This document shows, one piece after another, positions 47,204-57,300 of a stretch of DNA of 64,000 nt. The notes beneath the pieces are model-generated. The model was not told where the DNA came from and did not search any database. It saw only the letters and a list, made by a program, of their open reading frames with translations. This DNA comes from an uncultured Halobacteriales archaeon. GTDB taxonomy: Archaea > Halobacteriota > Halobacteria > Halobacteriales > SKSH01. Location of the stretch: NCBI GenBank assembly GCA_964579125.1, contig CAZOFG010000001.1, positions 109,928 to 173,927 on the forward strand. The letters run 5' to 3'. How positions within the stretch are numbered: position 1 is the first letter of the stretch; every line of letters starts with the position of its first letter. The position numbers and the translations under genes were made by a program.

Positions 47204-48994
47204 ATGTCCGCGACAGGAACCCTCATTAGTGTCGCTACGTTCGTTGGGATTTACGGTCTTCTCGCGGTCGGGCTCAACGTCAAGTTCGGCACGACCGGGA
47301 TCCTAGATTTCGGCCATGTCGCGTACTACCTCGTCGGGGCCTATACGGTCGCACTGATTACGGCACCACCCGCTGCAACACAGCGATTCCAGGAGTACAT
47401 CCTCGGGTTGAATCTTCCAGGACACATCAACGATTTTGTCCAAAGTGTCGTTGGAACGGAGTTTCTCTTGGCCGGAGGACTCGGTTGGGTCGTAGCCATC
47501 GCGATCGCCATGGCGGTCGCCGGATTTATCGGACTCGTCGTTGCGTTGCCAGCGATCCGCTTGCGGGCGGATTACCTCGCAATCGCCCTACTTGGAGTCT
47601 CGGTCATTCTCATGCGGGTCGTTCAGACTCCACCGCGGGACGTCCCACTCGTGAACGGACCGGACACGATGCGTGGCTTCTCCAGACCGTTCAACGAGCT
47701 GTTTCCCCTCCCTGGAGATGAGCTCAGCGGTGCGATCCTATTCGGGATGGTAGTGATGCTCGGGTGGTTCCTCCTGTTTTGGCTCATTATCAGAGAGGAC
47801 TCAGTGTGGGTTGGACAGGATCTCGAAACGCGAGTGATCAAGGGACTGCTCGGAATTACAACCCTCGGCATCGGCTATTGGGGCATCACTCGATCTCAAA
47901 GCCGACGTGATGTCTCGATCACTACCACCGCCGGTCCCCAATTTTACCCACGAACCTATCTACCGGCCGTAGCCGCAGCGGCCACGTTGGGGCTCATCGC
48001 CGCAGTCGGCGCCATTGCGGGCCTTGGAACGACGGTCGTCTTGGTAATGCTCGGTGGAATCTCCGCGGCTGGTTGGGTTGGCGCGTGGATCAAACTCAGA
48101 AATCACTATCGCGAATACACGCGTCGGAGCGCTCTCGCCGCGCTCGCTGTAACCCTCGGATTCATCGTGGCGCTTGCGCCCGCCTATGCCCTCGGGTCGG
48201 AAGGTGGGACACTCGGGTACGGTGCCTCGGCGGTGACATTCGCCCTGCTCGCTATCTATGGCATCGGGCTCTACAAACTCAGGGCGTTTCTCGATCGATA
48301 CCACGTGACCGGTTCTCGTCTCGGTATCATCGGGCTCGCGACCGTCTGGCTCATCGCGATTCGATATTTCATCGTTTCCTTGGAAGGAGCCAATAGTCTC
48401 GCCGGAGTAGTTCAATCCACCCAAGAGAACCTGTTTTGGCTCGTCAACTTCGGTGGGCGAACCGGCACTGCGCTTAATTACGACCGGTTCCTGCTGCTCC
48501 TCGTCCTCGGAAGTCTTGCGTTTGTCTTTGTCCTCGTCCAACTCGTCCAGCATTCCCCCCATGGTCGGGCATTGAAGGCCGTCCGGGATGATGAAAACGT
48601 TGCCAAGGCGCTCGGGAAAAACTCGTTCCTGTTCAAGGTCCAAGCGATGGCCGTCGGTAGCGCCATTGCCGGTCTTGCCGGGGCCATGTGGGCCATCCAA
48701 GCCCGCGCGCTGAGCTACAACATGTTCCATCCCCGGATCACGTTCTTCGTTTTTCTCGCCGTCATTCTCGGCGGAAGAGGTAATCACAAGGGTGCGATTC
48801 TGGGGGCCGGCATGTACTGGTTGCTCGTGCAAGCCACCTCCGAGTTAGCAGCCATCTTCCCCGGCGCACTCGGAGATAGAATGACGATTCTCCGCAACGC
48901 AATCATCGGGTTGATGATCATCGCCCTCCTGTATTTCCGTCCAGGAGGGATTTGGAAAGAGAAACCGCCATACTTCGAGGTGAACGGCCAATGA
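47204..48994 (+). CDS. livM: Branched-chain amino acid ABC transporter permease (LivM-like, extended)
   Basis: GILDFGHVAYYLVGAYT, HGRALKAVRDDENVAKALGKN, ILGGRGNHKGAILGA. 596 aa with extra TM segments. Confidence 0.85.
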   Translation: MSATGTLISVATFVGIYGLLAVGLNVKFGTTGILDFGHVAYYLVGAYTVALITAPPAATQRFQEYILGLNLPGHINDFVQSVVGTEFLLAGGLGWVVAIAIAMAVAGFIGLVVALPAIRLRADYLAIALLGVSVILMRVVQTPPRDVPLVNGPDTMRGFSRPFNELFPLPGDELSGAILFGMVVMLGWFLLFWLIIREDSVWVGQDLETRVIKGLLGITTLGIGYWGITRSQSRRDVSITTTAGPQFYPRTYLPAVAAAATLGLIAAVGAIAGLGTTVVLVMLGGISAAGWVGAWIKLRNHYREYTRRSALAALAVTLGFIVALAPAYALGSEGGTLGYGASAVTFALLAIYGIGLYKLRAFLDRYHVTGSRLGIIGLATVWLIAIRYFIVSLEGANSLAGVVQSTQENLFWLVNFGGRTGTALNYDRFLLLLVLGSLAFVFVLVQLVQHSPHGRALKAVRDDENVAKALGKNSFLFKVQAMAVGSAIAGLAGAMWAIQARALSYNMFHPRITFFVFLAVILGGRGNHKGAILGAGMYWLLVQATSELAAIFPGALGDRMTILRNAIIGLMIIALLYFRPGGIWKEKPPYFEVNGQ

Positions 48995-49965
48995 GCGACG
49001 ACGCGGTTCTCCAAGTCCGTGATCTCCACAAATCCTTCGGCGGGATCATTGCCGTTGATGGCGCTACATTTGATCTCCAACGCGGCGAGATCACAGGACT
49101 GATCGGGCCGAACGGTGCCGGAAAAACGACCACCTTCAATCTGCTGAGTGGCTTTCTCAAACCTGACAGCGGTGAGATTCGATTCAAGGGCCGCCAGCTC
49201 CATGAATACATGTATCCTAGCTCGGCAGAGCGGCGCGTCTGGGCGCTCGCGGCGGGCGGCACCGCTGGTGTGATCGGCGGGGCGATTGGCGGTGCAATCG
49301 AACCCAGCGTCGCACTAACTGCCGGTGGCGGGATCGTTGGAGCAGTTGCCGGAGCGGGGCTCTACGCTGGGCAACAGTCGATCCGAGAACGGTACCTCGA
49401 AGAACGTCCCAGTCGACCCTTCGCCCTCACGAAGGCCGGGCTCTCACGGACGTTTCAAATTACGCGGGAACTGGGCGAAATGACTGTCCTTGAGAACCTC
49501 ATGCTCGGTCCACAAGGCCAGCAAGGTGAACGCCTGCTGACGGTTTGGGGGTCGCCAAGCTCCGTGAGGCGAGACGAGGAAGCGGTCCGAAAGCGGGCCA
49601 TTGAGGTACTGGAGCTATTGGACCTAAGCCATTTAGCAAACGACTACGCCGAAAACCTCAGTGGTGGTCAGCGAAAGCTTCTCGAACTCGGCCGGGTATT
49701 GATGACGGATCCAGAAGTGATTCTTCTGGACGAACCGGTCGCAGGCGTTAATCCATCCCTGCAGCAAAACCTCCTTGACAGGATAGAAGAACTCCGTGAT
49801 GAAGGCTATTCATTCTGCGTCGTCGAACACGATATGGACGTGATTATGTCGATCAGCGACACCGTGATCGTGATGGACCAAGGTGACGTCCTCGTTGAGG
49901 GGCCACCAGATACCGTGATGGATGATGAACGAGTTATCGATGCCTATCTGGGAGGTGAAGCATGA
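48991..49965 (+). CDS. livG: Branched-chain amino acid ABC transporter ATP-binding protein (LivG-like) with hydrophobic insertion
   Basis: Walker A GPNGAGKTT, RTFQ, LSGGQRKLLELGR, ILLDEPVAGVNP, C-terminal VIDAYLGGEA. ATG at 48991 overlaps the livM stop. Residues ~71-138 are an insertion. Confidence 0.9.
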   Translation: MSDDAVLQVRDLHKSFGGIIAVDGATFDLQRGEITGLIGPNGAGKTTTFNLLSGFLKPDSGEIRFKGRQLHEYMYPSSAERRVWALAAGGTAGVIGGAIGGAIEPSVALTAGGGIVGAVAGAGLYAGQQSIRERYLEERPSRPFALTKAGLSRTFQITRELGEMTVLENLMLGPQGQQGERLLTVWGSPSSVRRDEEAVRKRAIEVLELLDLSHLANDYAENLSGGQRKLLELGRVLMTDPEVILLDEPVAGVNPSLQQNLLDRIEELRDEGYSFCVVEHDMDVIMSISDTVIVMDQGDVLVEGPPDTVMDDERVIDAYLGGEA

Positions 49966-50666
49966 CGCTACTCGAAGCCGAAGATATCGTAAGCGGGTAC
50001 GGGGAGGCTCAAATTTTGTATGGTGTCTCCGTGGAAGTTGAGGAAGATGAAATCGTCACGATAATCGGACCGAACGGGGCCGGCAAATCCACGCTGATGA
50101 AAGCACTGTTCGGCCTGATCGAGTGTTGGGATGGCGAAGTCATCTTCGATAGCGAGGAGATTACTGATCTCGAGCCACATGAAGTAACGCGCAAGGGATT
50201 GTGTTACGTGCCCCAACTCGACAATATCTTCCCGAGTCTGACCGTCCGGGAAAACCTCGAGATGGGCGCGTATATTCTCGATGAAGTGCCGGAAGATGCG
50301 ATCGACGAAGTATTCGAACGCTTCCCGATCCTTCAAGAACGCCAAGATCAGATCGCCGGGAGTATGAGCGGCGGTCAGCGACAAATGCTTGCCATGGGAC
50401 GAGGCCTCATGGTCGATCCGTCGCTGATGCTTATCGACGAACCGAGTGCCGGATTGGCTCCCCACCTCGTCGATGATGTTTTCGAGAAAATCGTCGATAT
50501 TCGAGAGGGTGGCACATCGATACTCATGGTTGAGCAGAACGCCCGCCGAGCGCTTCGGGTTTCCGACAGGGGATACGTGCTTGATGGAGGAGAAAACCGA
50601 TTTGAAGATTCCGGCGACGCGCTATTGGATAATCCTGAGGTAGAAGAGCTATACCTCGGTGGTTGA
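49962..50666 (+). CDS. livF: Branched-chain amino acid ABC transporter ATP-binding protein (LivF-like)
   Basis: GPNGAGKST, MSGGQRQMLAMGR, MLIDEPSAGLAP, EELYLGG. ATGA overlap with livG. Confidence 0.92.
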   Translation: MTLLEAEDIVSGYGEAQILYGVSVEVEEDEIVTIIGPNGAGKSTLMKALFGLIECWDGEVIFDSEEITDLEPHEVTRKGLCYVPQLDNIFPSLTVRENLEMGAYILDEVPEDAIDEVFERFPILQERQDQIAGSMSGGQRQMLAMGRGLMVDPSLMLIDEPSAGLAPHLVDDVFEKIVDIREGGTSILMVEQNARRALRVSDRGYVLDGGENRFEDSGDALLDNPEVEELYLGG

Positions 50667-50789
50667 AGGCCCTAGCGGCGCGAGCCTGACCGAACGATTC
50701 CTATCCGCAGCTACACGACTACCCCTGGATGTTCTGAGGAAAGAAGGTTCGGGATGACCGACAATGCGCTCGGATCGAACCGATAGTGC

Positions 50790-52034
50790 TCAGCTCTGGA
50801 ACTCCGAGCGCGGGATTTCTTCGACGATTTCCAATGAACCGCCAGTGACCTGACCGATCCCGAAGCGGTTCAGCGTTTCGTAATTCTCGTTCATCGTCAG
50901 CGGGCTCGACGCACCCTGATACTGAATGTCTTCGTCGTCATTGATGAGTTCTTTAGCCTCTTCGAATTCTCCGACGGTCACGACCTCGCCCGGTCCATTA
51001 CAGACATCCCGGAAGTTTTCAGAGATGGCCGTGCCGCTAGCTTCGCCAGCCATCTCGATCGCCAAGCCGGCGATAAATGCTGCGTCGTACGAGTGTGGGT
51101 CAAATGGTCCGGGGTTATCCGGATTGTGTTGCTCTTGGAACGTCTGTGCACCCTCAGTGGACTCCGGCTGTGGGGTAGTCACGTAGAAGCCTTCGAGTGC
51201 GTCTGCCCAATCCGAGAAGAAGTCCCCGGAATTGAGCCCTTCACTAAGCACTAACTCGCCGCCATAGCCGCCCTCTTGCCACTGCGCCATGATCGACTGA
51301 CCCTCACCCGGATACCCCGTCCAACCCACGGCGTCCGGATCGTTCTCGAACACCTGATCAAGCGTGGACGTGAAATCCTGGGCTTGATCGTCGTAGCCCA
51401 CTTGGCCGACGACCTCGCCATCAAAGTTGTCGACCGCAACTTCCGTCAGTCCATTGCCGTATGGGTTGTCCACGTACATGAACGCCGCCGAGTCCGCCCC
51501 GACGTACTCATCGCTGTTGAGCACCTGCGCCATCACGACCCCTTGCTGGGCGTCGTTCGGCGCCGTCCGCCCGAAGTACTTGAGATCGCCGTCAAAACCG
51601 ATGTTGGCCAGTGCCGGACTCGTGCTTGCCGGGCTGATCTGCATGACCTGATCGTCGGCGACGTTTTCGGCGATCGGTGTCGAGACACCGCTGGAAGCCG
51701 CCCCGACGATGGCCACAACCTCGTCATCAGAAACGAGACCATTGTATCGGTCGAGGCCAGCCTCCTCGGTTGTCTCGCTGTCGGTGTTGATCATGTCGAT
51801 CTCACGATCGAGCGGCCCCCCGGCATCGTTCATATGCTCGACAGCAAGGTTCACCGCCGATTCCATCGCCGGTCCGAGATCATCGAGTGTCCCGGTGATC
51901 GGAAGGATCGATCCCATCGGAATCGGTCCGCTATCACCGCCGTCGCCGAGGCAGCCGGCCAAGCCAGTTGCTCCAACGACACTTACCGCCCCAACCGTTT
52001 TGACGAAGTCACGTCGTCTGAAGTTCCGCGCCAT
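50790..52034 (-). CDS. ABC transporter substrate-binding lipoprotein (Leu/Ile/Val-binding type 1 PBP), Tat-secreted
   Basis: Twin-arginine signal MARNFRRRDFVKTVG followed by lipobox LAGC. Acidic mature domain with a type 1 periplasmic-binding fold pattern. Confidence 0.88.
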   Translation of the reverse strand: MARNFRRRDFVKTVGAVSVVGATGLAGCLGDGGDSGPIPMGSILPITGTLDDLGPAMESAVNLAVEHMNDAGGPLDREIDMINTDSETTEEAGLDRYNGLVSDDEVVAIVGAASSGVSTPIAENVADDQVMQISPASTSPALANIGFDGDLKYFGRTAPNDAQQGVVMAQVLNSDEYVGADSAAFMYVDNPYGNGLTEVAVDNFDGEVVGQVGYDDQAQDFTSTLDQVFENDPDAVGWTGYPGEGQSIMAQWQEGGYGGELVLSEGLNSGDFFSDWADALEGFYVTTPQPESTEGAQTFQEQHNPDNPGPFDPHSYDAAFIAGLAIEMAGEASGTAISENFRDVCNGPGEVVTVGEFEEAKELINDDEDIQYQGASSPLTMNENYETLNRFGIGQVTGGSLEIVEEIPRSEFQS

Positions 52035-52246
52035 ATGGTGACATATATTCCACCTGTATAATAAAGGCTACCTTCTGGTAAAAACCAGCCCGAGCGGCTG
52101 TGATACCCAACGTCAGTAATCACTCAATACAGCGATATATCGAATTCGAGAAAATCGACATCAAGCGTCATTATTACTGTTGCATGCGTCGATGTGCTAC
52201 TCTATCGTGAGTCACCCTTTTCTACAGGGTTGCCGACCTCCGAGGT

Positions 52247-52729
52247 ATGCATCCCCGGGCCGAGGAATTCGAACGCCGAATCGCCGAAGCTTTCGATCGG
52301 TCCCCGACAATCAACGAATTACCGGAGGAAACGAAAACGGCGCAGCAAGCGGCCGACGCGATCGGCTGCGACGTGGCCCAAATCGTCAAAAGCCTCGTAG
52401 TCGCCGTTGAAGATGAACACGCACTCGTATTGACGAGTGGCGCCAATGAGGTGGATTTAACGTCCCTCGCGAACTCGCTGGATGTCGATACCGATGTTGT
52501 TTCGATCACTGATCCGGAGACCGTCAAGGCCGTCACGGGCTGGAGTATCGGTGGGGTACCACCGGTCTGTCACGATACATCACTGCCAACGTACATCGAT
52601 CCAACTCTGCTCGACCACGACCGGGTGTGGGCCGGGGCGGGAACACCGCACGCGGTCGTGGCCTTTGAAGCCGGAGATTTACTCGAGTTGACCGATGCGA
52701 CGCCCATCGATGCCTTCCGACCAGTCTAA
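52247..52729 (+). CDS. YbaK/EbsC-family aminoacyl-tRNA deacylase domain protein
   Basis: 160 aa with TAQQAADAIGCDVAQIVKSLVV...ALVLTSGANEVD...GWSIGGVPP, typical of YbaK/ProX trans-editing domains. Confidence 0.8.
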   Translation: MHPRAEEFERRIAEAFDRSPTINELPEETKTAQQAADAIGCDVAQIVKSLVVAVEDEHALVLTSGANEVDLTSLANSLDVDTDVVSITDPETVKAVTGWSIGGVPPVCHDTSLPTYIDPTLLDHDRVWAGAGTPHAVVAFEAGDLLELTDATPIDAFRPV

Positions 52730-52731
52730 CA

Positions 52732-53991
52732 ATGCCCCTTGATGCCGTCCACCTCGAGGCGATCGACGCGATCGGCCAGGCACTCGATCGACCGGGGCGT
52801 CGCCGCGACCACGCTGAGCTCCTCGAAACGATCTGGGACGTATTTACCCAAAATACGCCTGACTCGCCCCTGACAGCACTCGGTTCACCTCGCCGACATC
52901 ACGAGACTATCGAAACGCTCGGATTGTCGGACCGACCGTTCGAACGCGTATCCGCAGTCGACGCCGGATCGCTCAACCCGACGACCTTCCAAAACGGCCT
53001 GACGGTCGATCTCGCGCATGCGGCGATGGCGACGACGCCAACTGACCTCGAAGTGCATCGACGACGTACCATCGCCACGGTCGCCCACGGTGCCACTGGC
53101 GAAGTTCGAAGCGATCGCGACTGGGAGCCATTCGATGACGGGTACGGCCGCTCTCGGTTATTCGCCGCCCCAGCCCTCGATCAGGAGGAAGACACGGCCG
53201 TGCACACTCTCGCCCTCGAACGCGCCGAGACGACACACGCGCTTGCCAATCATACCGAAGCCGATCCCTCGTTATTCATTCTTGATGGCGCCGTCTACCC
53301 GGCGAGTTTGCTCCACTGGGAGGATCGTTCAGGTGAACTCGGCGAGAGCCTCTACGTCGATCGCGTGCCCCGGGAGGCGCTCACGGAGGCGATCGAGCTA
53401 ATCGATCGCTGTCTGGCCGACGAGTTGCCGGTCGTTGGGTTCGTGAAAAATTACTCCGCAAGAGCACTCGTCCGGGCGTTGGAGGGCCATCCAGCCCTTG
53501 AAGGGACCTCAATCCCGTGGCGGAGCGATTACGGGCTGTTCGTGAACCTCCTCACTAGCCTCGAGCATCCCGAAAGCGACTCACTCGTGTGGACGAACTG
53601 GTTCGAAACCGACCTCGGCACCGGTGAAAAAATCGAGCGGGCACTCACCGAACTCACGATCGACACGGAAGTCAAACGCGGCGCATTCACGCTGTGTTTC
53701 ATGGTCGTCTACGACCCCCGCGAGCACGTCTGCTATCGGATCGAGGCGCCCAAGGGTGTCGTGGGGGAACCGGAAACGCGCCAGCGGGTAACAACGCATT
53801 TCCTTGGTGAAATCGCGGCGAATGCCGGGCCCCCACGGACGCTCGAAAAGGCGGATGCATTGGCGCGGATCAGTCGGACGGAACGGCGAAACCTCATCAA
53901 ACAGCTCGCTGCAAACCTCGAGACGACGCCGATCAGACAGTACGATGACGTCCGTTGGCCCGACCGCGAACCAGCGGTGGGCGAGCGATGA
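52732..53991 (+). CDS. nurA: NurA-domain nuclease (putative)
   Basis: 419 aa. Acidic motifs VSAVDAGSLNP and LFILDGAVYP fit NurA RNase-H-like catalytic positions. Sits immediately upstream of a HerA-type ATPase. The call leans partly on context. Confidence 0.65.
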   Translation: MPLDAVHLEAIDAIGQALDRPGRRRDHAELLETIWDVFTQNTPDSPLTALGSPRRHHETIETLGLSDRPFERVSAVDAGSLNPTTFQNGLTVDLAHAAMATTPTDLEVHRRRTIATVAHGATGEVRSDRDWEPFDDGYGRSRLFAAPALDQEEDTAVHTLALERAETTHALANHTEADPSLFILDGAVYPASLLHWEDRSGELGESLYVDRVPREALTEAIELIDRCLADELPVVGFVKNYSARALVRALEGHPALEGTSIPWRSDYGLFVNLLTSLEHPESDSLVWTNWFETDLGTGEKIERALTELTIDTEVKRGAFTLCFMVVYDPREHVCYRIEAPKGVVGEPETRQRVTTHFLGEIAANAGPPRTLEKADALARISRTERRNLIKQLAANLETTPIRQYDDVRWPDREPAVGER

Positions 53992-54046
53992 ACGGAGCAC
54001 CGACCTCCCCTGTCAGTTTTGACGGCGGGCTCGTAAGGGACCGACA

Positions 54047-55804
54047 ATGACCGATCTCGATGAATTCTCTGCAGGCGATCGACCACCCGCAGAGGACGTA
54101 GACAGTCACTCCGCGATCGGCACGATGAGTGTCCAGGAAGGCCTGCAACTCGATGAGGACGGCCAGCGTACCCGATTGTCCGCATACATTACGCCGCCAA
54201 ATCGAGAATCAATCCGCCTGCGCAGTTACGTGGTGGTCCCCCTCGCAACCGGAGCGGACGAACGCCCCGCGCAGTTGTTTTGTCGCGTGAGCGGCCTTCG
54301 GTACGCCCACGAGTTCGACACGGACGATGCCACGGCAATCCACGCCCAACGCGCCTTGCAACGGGACGAAATCGACGAGTCCGATTACAAGTACATCGCC
54401 ACGCTCACCCCCGTAGCGACGCTGATCGGCGACCCCACCGAACCAGACGCCGCGCTCACCAGGCGTCAGCCGAATCGCCTCCCAAAACCGGATGCATCCG
54501 TCCGCGAAGCGGTCTTCGATGCGGAGATCAAGACCGGGCTCAAACTCCCCCAAGAAGGCCTATTCGTCGGACACGTCGCCGTCGGCGGCGAGAAGCTCCG
54601 GACGGCCGCATCCCCGCCGACCGTGGATTATCGGCTTCGCGATGCGAACGTTGCGGATCCACTGCTCTTTCGTCACGTCCTCGTCGCCGGCGGCACCGGA
54701 TCGGGGAAAACCCATGCCGCGAAGAACCTGTTGCGTCAGGTGGTCGCCGAGAATCGTCGATACGAAATGCCGGATGGACGCACCCCCCGGCCGGCATTAG
54801 TGATCGTCGACCCGCAGGACGAGTACGCTCAGTTACATGATGACAACCCCGCATTGGATGGTGACGACACGCGGCGATTCCGTCGGGAGCGCATCGCCCA
54901 CGGTGGTGTCGACGATACCGTCGTGTTCGTTCCGGACGTCGCCGGCACCAAGTATGAGGCCACGAATCACCGGGCGGAACAGGTCCGGTTTTCGATCCCG
55001 TTCGAACTCGTTCGATCGAATACGTGGTTGATCGCTGGTGGGGGACTCAACGATCGGCAGGTAAACGGACTGAACACGCTCTTGTCCACGTACTTCCGCG
55101 AAGAATCCGACACCCCGACGTACGATCGATTTCAGACCTTTATCGCCGAGGATCCGACCGTCCACGAATTGGTGGAACGCGAGCACATTCACGAAAAGAC
55201 GTACAACGCCCTCAAACGCCGAATCGACCGGGCGTATTTTTCCCAGGTATTCGATCAGCCAGCGAGCGACATCACGGATCTCACCGATCGACTCGTCCGC
55301 GAGGGCGGGATTTCGACCATACCGACGTACCACCTCGAAAACGCCGCACAACGTAACCTCGTCGTCCTCGCGGTCGCGACGATGCTCATCGAGAACAAAC
55401 TCACGAGCGATCCTCGATTCGAACAGATCGCGGAAACGCCCCTCGTATTGGCGATGGACGAGGCGCACAACTATCTCGCCGACGCCGACACCGTCCAAGC
55501 AGAGAAAACGATCGACATCTTTACTGAAGCGGCCAAACAGGGGCGCAAAGAACGGTTGGGGCTGTTCCTCGTGACCCAAGATCCCGGCGATATCGCCGAT
55601 CCGATCTTCAAACAGGTGAACACACGTCTCGCGCTCAATCTCGCCGACGAAGATGCGATCGCCAGCCTCAATCTGCCGGCGCAACTGAGCAAACAGATAT
55701 CTGATCTCGAAACCGGCCAACTCATCGCGCACTCGCCGGACAACGCCGAATCGGTGCAAGTGATCGGCCTCGAGCACTGCGTCGTCAAACACGACCCACG
55801 GTAA
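54047..55804 (+). CDS. herA: HerA/FtsK-like ATPase (DUF87 family)
   Basis: Walker A LVAGGTGSGKTHAAKNL, Walker B LVLAMDEAHNY, LFLVTQDPGDI, and an N-terminal beta-rich region consistent with a HAS barrel. Confidence 0.8.
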   Translation: MTDLDEFSAGDRPPAEDVDSHSAIGTMSVQEGLQLDEDGQRTRLSAYITPPNRESIRLRSYVVVPLATGADERPAQLFCRVSGLRYAHEFDTDDATAIHAQRALQRDEIDESDYKYIATLTPVATLIGDPTEPDAALTRRQPNRLPKPDASVREAVFDAEIKTGLKLPQEGLFVGHVAVGGEKLRTAASPPTVDYRLRDANVADPLLFRHVLVAGGTGSGKTHAAKNLLRQVVAENRRYEMPDGRTPRPALVIVDPQDEYAQLHDDNPALDGDDTRRFRRERIAHGGVDDTVVFVPDVAGTKYEATNHRAEQVRFSIPFELVRSNTWLIAGGGLNDRQVNGLNTLLSTYFREESDTPTYDRFQTFIAEDPTVHELVEREHIHEKTYNALKRRIDRAYFSQVFDQPASDITDLTDRLVREGGISTIPTYHLENAAQRNLVVLAVATMLIENKLTSDPRFEQIAETPLVLAMDEAHNYLADADTVQAEKTIDIFTEAAKQGRKERLGLFLVTQDPGDIADPIFKQVNTRLALNLADEDAIASLNLPAQLSKQISDLETGQLIAHSPDNAESVQVIGLEHCVVKHDPR

Positions 55805-55844
55805 TTTCCGCGGGTTTATTCGACCGGATGGCGTGGCGTCGCAC

Positions 55845-56276
55845 ATGACACATGCGGTGTTGATCCCCTTTGATGGCTCGGAGGAATCAAACCGTGCGCT
55901 TTCCCACGCGCTCGCACATTTCTCCGATGCCGAGTTAACGGCCCTCCATGTGATCAACCCAGCCGAGGCCGTGCAAATCACGGAGGAAGACGGCGTGCCA
56001 CCGATGCCAGAAGACTGGTATGAGTCCTCCCGCGAACAGGCGAATCAGACGCTCAAGCGAGCCGTCGAGGAAGCCGAAACCGTCGATGTCGATCTCACTA
56101 CCGCCATCGAGGTGGGCCAGCCTGCTCGAACGATCATCGAGTATGCCGACGACCACAATATCGATCATATCGTCATGGGCAGTCACGGTCGGTCTGGCGT
56201 GTCACGCATCTTACTCGGCAGCGTCGCAGAAACCGTCATGCGTCGTTCAGACGTGCCCGTCACGATCGTTCGATAA
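55845..56276 (+). CDS. Universal stress protein (UspA family)
   Basis: [11 protein letters not shown]..., [37 protein letters not shown] at 55845 with TATA-like TTTATT at 55815-55820 (GTG at 55833 in the track). Confidence 0.88.
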   Translation: MTHAVLIPFDGSEESNRALSHALAHFSDAELTALHVINPAEAVQITEEDGVPPMPEDWYESSREQANQTLKRAVEEAETVDVDLTTAIEVGQPARTIIEYADDHNIDHIVMGSHGRSGVSRILLGSVAETVMRRSDVPVTIVR

Positions 56277-56337
56277 GGAACGTCAGGGGAAGGGTGGTCA
56301 GTCGAAAGTCCTAATCGACGACCAACCGAATGGGCGG

Positions 56338-57279
56338 ATGATGGAAGACGAGTTGCCAGATGTGCAGGCTGCGCCGCCATCGGTGTCGGTCGGGCTCAGT
56401 CAAGTGGGCCTCTCCGATGTGAAAAAGCTCGTCAAGGTGGCGCGGCCTGAGAAGGATCGACCGATCGTCCTCAACGCCACCTTCGACGTCTTCGTCGATC
56501 TCCCAAGCTGGCGCAAAGGTGCCGACATGAGTCGGAACATGCAGGTCATCGACGAAATCCTCGAGGAGGCCGTTCGCGAGGAAGCTTATCGCGTCGAAGA
56601 TGTCTGCGGAGCCGCCGCCGAACGGCTGCTCGCCAAACACGAGTACACCTCGAAGGCCACCGTCAAGATGACGGCGGAATACATCATCCGTGAGCGCACG
56701 CCGGAGACCGATTTGGATACACAGGGAACCGCTGACATCATCGCGCAAGCGACCGCGACCGACGATGGCACGACCGAAGAGATCGGCGTCCGGGTGACCG
56801 GGATGACGGTCTGTCCGTGCTCGCAAGGCATGATGGCCGATCGCGCCCGCGAGACGCTTAGCGCGCAAGGCGTGGACGAAGATACGATCGAAGCGTTCCT
56901 CGATCGCGTCCCGCAAGCGGGACACGCCCAACGCGGCCATGCGACGCTCGCCGTCGAAAGCGACGGGGCACCAGAAGTCGATTTGCATGATTTGATCGAT
57001 GTTGCCCGGGATGCGATGAGTGCTCGTATCTATAACCTCGCGAAGCGACCGGACGAGGATCACATGACGATTCAAGCCCACGAACACGCGAAGTTCGTTG
57101 AGGACTGCGTGCGCTCGATGGCCGACGGTGTCGTCGAGACGTTTCCGGATCTCAGCGACGACGCGATCGTCACGATGAAACAAACCAACGAGGAATCGAT
57201 CCACCAACACAACGCCCACGCCGAACGGTGTGTCGAGATGGGGACCCTTCGGCGCGAGGTCGCCCAGTCGACCGACTGA
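56338..57279 (+). CDS. mptA: GTP cyclohydrolase MptA (GTP cyclohydrolase IV, FolE2 family)
   Basis: LPDVQ..., [25 protein letters not shown] at 56338; the track extension from 56020 overlaps usp. Confidence 0.85.
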   Translation: MMEDELPDVQAAPPSVSVGLSQVGLSDVKKLVKVARPEKDRPIVLNATFDVFVDLPSWRKGADMSRNMQVIDEILEEAVREEAYRVEDVCGAAAERLLAKHEYTSKATVKMTAEYIIRERTPETDLDTQGTADIIAQATATDDGTTEEIGVRVTGMTVCPCSQGMMADRARETLSAQGVDEDTIEAFLDRVPQAGHAQRGHATLAVESDGAPEVDLHDLIDVARDAMSARIYNLAKRPDEDHMTIQAHEHAKFVEDCVRSMADGVVETFPDLSDDAIVTMKQTNEESIHQHNAHAERCVEMGTLRREVAQSTD

Positions 57280-57300
57280 TTCGCGACCGAGAATCACGCC

